64,000 nt of DNA, from the NCBI GenBank assembly GCA_963848135.1, contig CAWKCK010000017.1:124001-188000 (forward strand), in the 5' to 3' direction. This document shows positions 57,325-64,000 of this stretch, one piece after another. The translations under genes were made by a program, and so were the position numbers. The notes under the pieces were generated by a model that was given only the letters and a program-made list of their open reading frames with translations, ran no database searches and was not told where the DNA came from. How positions within the stretch are numbered: position 1 is the stretch's first letter; each line of letters begins with the position of its first letter. The stretch is from an uncultured delta proteobacterium. Its GTDB lineage: Bacteria > Desulfobacterota > Desulfobacteria > Desulfobacterales > SG8-13.

Positions 57325-57348
57325 ACCGGTTGACGTTATTCAACCGGT
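57325..57348. promoter_or_regulatory. Perfect 9-bp inverted repeat in a divergent promoter (candidate operator)
   Basis: ACCGGTTGA-CGTTAT-TCAACCGGT. Confidence 0.5.
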
Positions 57349-57611
57349 AATAAATCGGGGGAGTATAATAGGTAAAACCAATTGGCTAATGAATGTCCAT
57401 CCGCAGATTCCTCTTTACACGCGCGGCAGTGTTCTGCACTGGTTACCAGCTCCCACGTGATTTTGACCACTAAATTTGGTACAACCTTGCTCAAATTGCC
57501 ACAACGTGGTATTTTTGCCTTGACAAAATGGGCGCCTGGGGCCATAAGCGATGGTCGACCATAATTCGCAAACTTTTAAGCACAAAAATCCATCAAAGGA
57601 GTCATATCAAT

Positions 57612-58787
57612 ATGTTGAATCGATACCTGCAAATCGGCGTTGTCGTAGTCTCCCTTGGCCTTTTGGCCGCTCTGTTCGCTACGACAAAACCTGGCGATTC
57701 CAACCGACCGAATACCCTCATTGCCGCGGAAAGCGAGGCGAAGGTTGAAATAGCAGCGCCCAAGGATGATACCGCCGAGATCAAAGCGCCGGTGGCCAAA
57801 CTGTCCCGGGCTGTTCTTTCTGTTCAGGGAATGACCTGTTCCGGCTGCATTGCGCAAATTAAATCCAGCCTGGCAGACCTCGTAGGTATCGGCGATGTGC
57901 GCGTCGATCTGGCCAATGGCCAGGTCGAGGTTACATACGACAGTGAGAGCCTTAAGGATACCGAACGCATCGCTGCGGCCATCACCGCCGCCGGTTATCC
58001 GGCAACCTTGAAGCAGGTTCAAACCGCGCAAGAAATCGAAGATGAAACCCGGTTGGGGGCCTCTAAATCAAAACGCTACATCGCCCGTGTGGGTGACTTG
58101 GACATTTTACGCTCCGATTACGATACGGAGATGAATCACGCCCGCAAGCGATATGAAGAGGTGTATGGCGAAGAAGTTTTTAAGGGTGACCGCGGAAACG
58201 CCCTGCTCGAAAGTCTCCAATCACAAGTGGCCCTGCGCTTGATCGATGAAGGGGTGCAACTGAATGAAATCCGCAAAACCAGTTACAAACTCGACCCCAA
58301 AACCATTAACAAAGCCCTGGGTGAATTTATTAATCAGCGATCGTTGACACCCGACGAATTCAAACGCACGATCGCCGAATCAGGCCTCGATTATGATTAT
58401 TTTCTTAAGAAGTTTGAAAATAGAATGACCATAAACACTTATGTCGAGGAAAAAATCCTGTCCGAACGATCAAATGAACAGGAAAGGCAGCAGCAATATG
58501 AGGACTGGTTCAACAATGCACGCCTTTTATCCCAAACGGTCTACTACGACAAAGACATTGAAAATATTGTGAAAAGCGGTAGCGGCACCTCGGATTGCCA
58601 AAGTGCCTGCTCAAAGGGAAACGGTGCTGTTAAGTCAGGTTGTAAAAGCGGCGCCAGCAAGACCGGGTGCCAGAGTGACTGCATCCGGAAAAACAGTGCC
58701 GCCAAGACCGGGTATGAGGGTGATTGCGTTCGCAAAAACACTACCGCCATGTCAGGGTGCCCCGGCGCGCGTAGCAAGCGCCAATAA
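57612..58787 (+). CDS. Membrane-anchored HMA domain plus SurA-N-like domain plus Cys-rich repeat tail
   Basis: VQGMTCSGC metal-binding loop; IARVGD...ALRLIDE SurA-like region; AAGGAG RBS before ATG 57612. Confidence 0.8.
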   Translation: MLNRYLQIGVVVVSLGLLAALFATTKPGDSNRPNTLIAAESEAKVEIAAPKDDTAEIKAPVAKLSRAVLSVQGMTCSGCIAQIKSSLADLVGIGDVRVDLANGQVEVTYDSESLKDTERIAAAITAAGYPATLKQVQTAQEIEDETRLGASKSKRYIARVGDLDILRSDYDTEMNHARKRYEEVYGEEVFKGDRGNALLESLQSQVALRLIDEGVQLNEIRKTSYKLDPKTINKALGEFINQRSLTPDEFKRTIAESGLDYDYFLKKFENRMTINTYVEEKILSERSNEQERQQQYEDWFNNARLLSQTVYYDKDIENIVKSGSGTSDCQSACSKGNGAVKSGCKSGASKTGCQSDCIRKNSAAKTGYEGDCVRKNTTAMSGCPGARSKRQ

Positions 58788-58847
58788 CCGAATCATCGCA
58801 CCCTGTTTCTCTGCAGTGCCCATTCCCGTGGGTAACGGCACCTATCG

Positions 58848-58940
58848 AGAGCCCCATTCATAAGTGAGGTTTCTGGCGCTGGTTGCGGCCGCATAGAGGT
58901 TTGCGGTTAGGTACACTTTTCGTGCGCAGCCGGCGGTAAA
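58848..58940 (+). repeat. MITE/REP-like family A, partial degenerate copy
   Basis: ATTCATAAGTGAG...CGCTGG...GGCCGCA...GTTTGCGG...CGCAGCCGG. Confidence 0.6.
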
Positions 58941-59139
58941 CTATAGAGAACGCCGCCCCGCTCAGAAAAACTATTTTTATATAGACCCCACCCCACCGAA
59001 GCCGCTGCCCGAAGCGACGGCATCTTGTCACCCGCTGCGGCCGTTTTCTGGTACTGAAGGATCCATCCGATAATTCCTTGACATTGGCCTGAGTACAATG
59101 TTATTTGGATTATTTTTTGTACAGCAGTCCACTGCCGAA

Positions 59140-59190
59140 CCATCCTTGCTCCGGTCAATGATCGGGGCTTAATAGCCAAGAGGAGGAGAA
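59140..59190 (+). promoter_or_regulatory. Probable S6:S18 autoregulatory leader RNA
   Basis: TCCTTGCTCCGGTC...GATCGGGGC...AAGAGGAGG immediately upstream of rpsF; can pair with the RBS. Confidence 0.55.
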
Positions 59191-59195
59191 AAACC

Positions 59196-59741
59196 ATGCG
59201 ACGGTACGAAACGATTGTCATTCTGGACCCAGATATTTCCGAAGAGGAACGCGCGCCCGTGTTCAGCCGCATTTCAGACACCATCGAGCAAGGCAGCGGG
59301 TTTCTGGTGCTGCTGGACGAATGGGGAACCCGCAAGCTCGCTTACGAAATCAAGAAAAAACCTCGCGGACACTACACGCGTATCGATTTTTGCGGCACCG
59401 GCGTCATTGTGAACGAAATTGAGCGCTTCTTCCGAATCGATGACCGCGTAATGAAATATTTAACGATAATGCTGGATGAAAATGCGGATGTTGACCAGTT
59501 AAAGGAAGAAATCGCCCGCGCCGAGAGCGAAAAAAACAAGACCGAGGCCGAAAAAGCTGAAGAAGCCGAAAAAGCTAAGAAAGCCGAAGAAGATAAAGAA
59601 GAAGATAAAAAAGAAGATGCCGCTGAAGATAAACCTCCTGCCGATACGGTTGAAACCGAGGCCAAAGAACTAGCAGAACCCGATCAGGCGGTAACAACCG
59701 AATCCGAAACCGACGACACCGAGACCAGGAAGGAGGATTAA
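59196..59741 (+). CDS. rpsF: 30S ribosomal protein S6 with long acidic tail
   Basis: [24 protein letters not shown]. Confidence 0.98.
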   Translation: MRRYETIVILDPDISEEERAPVFSRISDTIEQGSGFLVLLDEWGTRKLAYEIKKKPRGHYTRIDFCGTGVIVNEIERFFRIDDRVMKYLTIMLDENADVDQLKEEIARAESEKNKTEAEKAEEAEKAKKAEEDKEEDKKEDAAEDKPPADTVETEAKELAEPDQAVTTESETDDTETRKED

Positions 59742-59745
59742 GATC

Positions 59746-60009
59746 ATGGCATTCAGACCCAGACCCAAAGGTGGTGCACGCAAGAAAAGATTCTACAACA
59801 GGCGTAAGGTCTGCCGTTTCTGTGCAGACACCAGCCTGCAGATCAACTATAAAGAGCCGAAAACACTTAAATACTTTATCACTGAACGCGGAAAGATCAT
59901 TCCACGACGCATATCCGGGGCCTGTGCGAAACACCAGAGGACGCTAACCAACGCGATCAAGCGAGCCCGCGCCATCGCCCTGTTGCCATACGTCGGTAAT
60001 CTGGACTAG
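59746..60009 (+). CDS. rpsR: 30S ribosomal protein S18 (Zn-binding type)
   Basis: [27 protein letters not shown]. Confidence 0.98.
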   Translation: MAFRPRPKGGARKKRFYNRRKVCRFCADTSLQINYKEPKTLKYFITERGKIIPRRISGACAKHQRTLTNAIKRARAIALLPYVGNLD

Positions 60010-60055
60010 AATGCGGCTCCGGCCTCAGCTGAATGCCGCACCGGAGAAGAGGATC

Positions 60056-61009
60056 GTGCCGATCATTGGCAACGCTGATACACTGAAGCATATCGCTATC
60101 GGCGTCGGCATCACCAGCCTGCTGTTTGTCGTAACGCTTCAATCACCGATACTCGGTTTTTTCTGCACAGTGGGAATCCCGCTGCCGACGATCTATTACC
60201 GGGCCAAACTCGGTAGGAAAGCCGGCGCGCTGGTACCGGCGATCGCTTTGTTGACCCTGGTCCCGATATTCGGCGGTGTGTCCATCGATCTGCTCTATTT
60301 TTTCGAGCTGGTTCTCATCGGTTTTGTTTTGTGTGAGATGTTCGGCTGGAATCTGGCGGTCGAAAAAACGGTGGCGTTGACCTGTGCGGTGGTCCTGGCC
60401 ATTGGATTGGGTATTCTTGTTCTCCACAGCGCATCAATGACCACCAGTATCGAAACGTTGGTATCGGCCTATGTGAGGACCAACCTCGAAGCAACGATTG
60501 AACTTTACGAAGGCATGGGGGTACCGGCCGATACCATCCGCCTCATCCGGGAATCGCTCGATGGAATCCAATATGTCCTGGTTCGAATTATACCTGCGCT
60601 CTCGATTGCTTCAGTACTGTTTCTAACTTGGACCAGTATGCTGCTGGCACGGCCTTTGCTCAAACGCGGTAACCTGTTCTTCCCGGATTTCGGGCGGCTC
60701 AACTTGTGGAAATCCCCTGAACCTTTGGTCTGGGGCGCCATCGGATGCGGCTTGATGCTGCTGATCCCCGAACGCATGCTCAAGCTTTGGGGCATCAACG
60801 GCCTGCTGGTTCTGATGACGATTTACTTCTTTCAAGGCGTCGCCATCGTTTCGTTCTATTTTGAAAAAAAACACTTTCCGCGCATGTTGCGCCTCTTTCT
60901 ATACAGTCTTATCGCTCTGCAGCAAATCGTTCTCTTGATCGTTGTCGCGTTGGGATTTTTCGACATGTGGCTTAATTTTAGAAAACTGGGTGCAGACGAA
61001 AACCGTTAA
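60056..61009 (+). CDS. YybS/DUF2232 family membrane protein
   Basis: Multi-TM; YFFQGVAIV and LGFFDMWLNFRK; typical position between rpsR and rplI. Confidence 0.9.
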   Translation: MPIIGNADTLKHIAIGVGITSLLFVVTLQSPILGFFCTVGIPLPTIYYRAKLGRKAGALVPAIALLTLVPIFGGVSIDLLYFFELVLIGFVLCEMFGWNLAVEKTVALTCAVVLAIGLGILVLHSASMTTSIETLVSAYVRTNLEATIELYEGMGVPADTIRLIRESLDGIQYVLVRIIPALSIASVLFLTWTSMLLARPLLKRGNLFFPDFGRLNLWKSPEPLVWGAIGCGLMLLIPERMLKLWGINGLLVLMTIYFFQGVAIVSFYFEKKHFPRMLRLFLYSLIALQQIVLLIVVALGFFDMWLNFRKLGADENR

Positions 61010-61083
61010 CCTTATTAATTACAATACCGGACGGGCCTGCCGGACCATCAGGCCGTCGACTGGTTTGCTACCGGAGGTCGAAA

Positions 61084-61530
61084 ATGAAAGTCTTATTGAC
61101 AGAAACGATCGATTCGCTCGGCATCATTGGCTCTGAGGTCGAGGTGGCCAAGGGTTATGCTCGCAATTATTTACTCCCTCAGAAAAAAGCCGTTGCCGCC
61201 ACACCACAGAACCGTAAAATTCTGGCTCAAGAAAAAGTTAAATTCGATGTGCAGATTGCGAAGGAAAAGAAGATCGCCGAAGAATTGGCCGAGAAATTAC
61301 AGGGTGTTTCCTGCACGATTGAAGCCAAAGTCAGTGAGGAAGACCGACTCTATGGCTCGATCAACGTCAGGGACATCATGGATGCTTTGGCCAAGAACAA
61401 CATTACGGTTGAAAAAAGGATGGTATTGTTAACCGAACCGATCAAGCAGATCGGCTCGTTTAAGGTACCCATCCGGGTTTACAAGGACGTCGAACCGGAA
61501 ATAACTGTCGAAATAGTACCTGAAGCCTGA
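61084..61530 (+). CDS. rplI: 50S ribosomal protein L9
   Basis: VEVAKGYARNYLLPQKKA, RLYGSI. Confidence 0.98.
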   Translation: MKVLLTETIDSLGIIGSEVEVAKGYARNYLLPQKKAVAATPQNRKILAQEKVKFDVQIAKEKKIAEELAEKLQGVSCTIEAKVSEEDRLYGSINVRDIMDALAKNNITVEKRMVLLTEPIKQIGSFKVPIRVYKDVEPEITVEIVPEA

Positions 61531-61726
61531 TCCGGATGCATCAAGACGATATCACGGTAGAACGGATAGCGACGCTGCCCGCGGGTTCGATCATTTCAGC
61601 CGTGGCCATTTCCGACTTCGAAAAAAAACACGCGACGTCGGCTTTGTGACAATCTCTTTTTCATCACCAAGCCGGCATCTTTCCGACCGCACCGAATCGA
61701 TCCATCGGACAGTATAGAAATCACCC

Positions 61727-63115
61727 ATGTCTGAACGATCAAAGAGCAACGCGACCGATCCTTCCCTGGTCCATTTACCCCCCCAAAGCATTGACGCCGA
61801 GGAGTCACTCATCAGTGCAATTCTCGTCGACAACCACACTCTGCTGGATGTATTGGACATCCTGTCTGCGGAAGATTTCTATAAAACAGCCCATCAGAAA
61901 ATCTTCGGCGCGATAACCGATCTTTTCAGCCGTAACGAACCTATCGACGTGGTGACCCTATCCAACCATCTCAAGCAACTTGGTCAGCTCGAGAATATCG
62001 GCGGAGCAGCCTATCTGGCCCGCCTGCTGGACACCGTCCCTTTGGCCGTCAATGCTCAGCATTACGCAAAAATCGTGCACGACAAGGCCAAGCTGAGACA
62101 ACTGATCCGGAAGGCCAGCGACATTACCCGCCGTTGTTTCGAAGACCGTGGAGAAGTAGACGCTGTCATCGACTTTGCCGAAGCATCGATCTTTGAAATT
62201 TCAGAAAACAAAACCCATAAGTCCTTTCATCCTCTCAGTAAGATGATCGAAGACAATATCGATCGGCTGGAAGAACGCCAAGGCAACAAATCTCTGATTA
62301 CGGGAGTTTCGACAGGCTTCTCACTTTTAGACCATAAAACCTCCGGCCTGCAAAATTCCGACCTTATCATTCTGGCTGCCCGCCCCGGAATGGGGAAAAC
62401 CGCCTTCGCCCTCAACATCGCCCGCAATGCCGCTATAGATGCCGGTGTTCCGATCGCCCTGTTCTCGCTTGAAATGTCCAAGGAACAGTTGTCCATGCGG
62501 ATGCTCAGTAGTGAAGCACGAATTGACTCCACACGCTTGAGGAGCGGATTCATCAGTCAGGAGGATTGGATGAGGATTACCGAAGCGGCCAGCGAACTCT
62601 CGAACACACCGATTTTCATTGACGATTCACCGGTACTGACAGCCATGGATATCCGCGCCAAGGCGCGCCGACTGAAGTTGGATAAAAATATCGGTATGGT
62701 CATTATCGATTATATCCAGCTGATGCAGGGCCGGCAATCTGCAGAACGCCGCGAGTTGGAAATCTCTGAAATTTCCCGCGGGTTGAAGGCGCTGGCAAAG
62801 GAACTCAACATCCCGGTCGTCGCCCTTTCCCAACTCAACCGGATGCTCGAACAGCGCAGCGACAAGCGACCACAACTCTCGGACTTACGAGAATCGGGGG
62901 CACTGGAGCAGGATGCCGATGTTGTCGCATTCATCTACCGGGATGAAGTGTATAACAAGGATGAAAATAATCCCAACAAAGGCAAAGCCGAGATAATCAT
63001 CTCCAAGCAGCGTAACGGACCCATCGGTACGATTCCTCTCGTCTTTCTTAACGCGTATACCCGTTTTGAAAATCCAGCCGATGAGGACATGACCGCGCCG
63101 TATCCGGAACAATAA
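61727..63115 (+). CDS. dnaB: Replicative DNA helicase
   Basis: PPQSIDAE, AARPGMGKT, IDYIQLM, LSQLNR, SDLRESGALEQDAD, KQRNGP. Confidence 0.98.
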   Translation: MSERSKSNATDPSLVHLPPQSIDAEESLISAILVDNHTLLDVLDILSAEDFYKTAHQKIFGAITDLFSRNEPIDVVTLSNHLKQLGQLENIGGAAYLARLLDTVPLAVNAQHYAKIVHDKAKLRQLIRKASDITRRCFEDRGEVDAVIDFAEASIFEISENKTHKSFHPLSKMIEDNIDRLEERQGNKSLITGVSTGFSLLDHKTSGLQNSDLIILAARPGMGKTAFALNIARNAAIDAGVPIALFSLEMSKEQLSMRMLSSEARIDSTRLRSGFISQEDWMRITEAASELSNTPIFIDDSPVLTAMDIRAKARRLKLDKNIGMVIIDYIQLMQGRQSAERRELEISEISRGLKALAKELNIPVVALSQLNRMLEQRSDKRPQLSDLRESGALEQDADVVAFIYRDEVYNKDENNPNKGKAEIIISKQRNGPIGTIPLVFLNAYTRFENPADEDMTAPYPEQ

Positions 63116-63358
63116 TCCCAACGGCTAACCCCGATTAATATCGCGTCGTATGTGTGATCTTAAATTCCCGACCCCGATATTCTCCCAGAAAATAGCGGCG
63201 TTTGAAATCGCCTGAGTTTCAATCCGGCTCGAAGCGACAGATTTCGGAATGCGGCTTGACTGTAACGTGACACTTGACCGCGACCGGGTTCAGAATTACG
63301 TTCAACCAGGGGAAGAGGACAACAGCCACCTTATGAAGCATGAAACAGCAATAACTGG

Positions 63359-64000
63359 ATGAAAAAGATTTACGGAAATACCGGTGGCCTCAAGGCCAAC
63401 CAGACGCGCAGACTCGAAAAACTCTATCGCCGCCGTGTTCCACCCGATCAAGTCATCACTTTCGAACTTTCCCGAGAAATCAGCAGCCTGTCCCATGAAA
63501 TTCACCGACAGGTGGGTCTTCTCATCGATCGCAGCGGACGGATTCGCTGGGTTATCGTGGGCAATCACCAAAAAATCTTCATACCGGACATCAGCTCCTA
63601 CCGCGTGGCCCCGGGGCGTCTCCGTGGCTTACGGTGCCTGCACACTCACCTGAAAGCTGAGCCACTGACCAAAGATGATCTGAACGATTTAGCCATGTTA
63701 CGGCTCGACATTATGGGGGCCCTCAGTGCCGGTAACGACGGGCATGTTCCACTGATCTACCTGTCCCATATACTACCTGGCGCCACCGCTAAAAAACCCT
63801 ATCAAGTTCTACCACCACTGAAAACCAATGCACTGAATATCGAATGTTTGAGTGTCATCCGGGCCCTCGAGGACGAACTGGCCCAGGTGCGTTCGCTTCA
63901 CAAGGCTGCAGACGGAAAGGAGCGGGCGTTGCTGATCTCCGTTACCAGTAAACCGGCTAAAAGGGCGCGGGATAGTTTGACTGAGCTCAATGAATTGGCC
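63359..64000 (+). CDS. hflX: GTPase HflX (N-terminally extended type), partial at window end
   Basis: MKKIYGNTGGLKANQTRRLEKLYRRR...RQVGLLIDRSG...RLRGLRCLHTHL...DDLNDLAMLRLD. Confidence 0.9.
   Translation, partial: MKKIYGNTGGLKANQTRRLEKLYRRRVPPDQVITFELSREISSLSHEIHRQVGLLIDRSGRIRWVIVGNHQKIFIPDISSYRVAPGRLRGLRCLHTHLKAEPLTKDDLNDLAMLRLDIMGALSAGNDGHVPLIYLSHILPGATAKKPYQVLPPLKTNALNIECLSVIRALEDELAQVRSLHKAADGKERALLISVTSKPAKRARDSLTELNELA

Noticed and set aside
59520..59741. Low-complexity E/K/A/D-rich tail of S6
   Set aside because: Acidic S6 extensions are common; not novel.

Overview
64 kb of a bacterial chromosome, probably a sulfate-reducer-type deltaproteobacterium (Desulfobacterales-like). This is inferred from the rpsF-rpsR-yybS-rplI-dnaB-hflX order without ssb/priB and from the style of the porins, kinase and intergenic repeats. 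(1) 1-26014: an all-minus-strand envelope/lipid block with an RND pump, phospholipase D, patatin, hybrid histidine kinase, AsmA, two porins, a pentameric ligand-gated ion channel homologue, a Kazal-like protein and two exported amidohydrolases. It is interrupted at about 16740-20450 by an almost C-free tract containing 731 consecutive T, followed by a gradient of C-specific lesions to about 23.5 kb. This is very probably a sequencing/consensus artefact. (2) 26503-57202: a ~30 kb accessory region resembling a photo-oxidative/singlet-oxygen defence island. It has a furan-fatty-acid-like gene set (Cfa-type methyltransferase, DUF1365, FAD oxidoreductase), an O2-dependent acyl desaturase, a second Cfa-type methyltransferase, DUF1295, a chalcone-isomerase-fold protein, MFS, lipocalin, SDRs, an Fe-S photolyase/cryptochrome and a CioAB-type cytochrome bd oxidase. 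The only regulator in view is a PAS-LuxR protein. (3) 57612-64000: an HMA-SurA-Cys-tail protein, then core genes. Four families of small MITE/REP-like repeats occupy intergenic spaces. About seven single-base frameshifts suggest residual long-read indel errors. No tRNA, rRNA, CRISPR array or intact transposase was seen. All calls are from motif recognition by eye; no searches were run.
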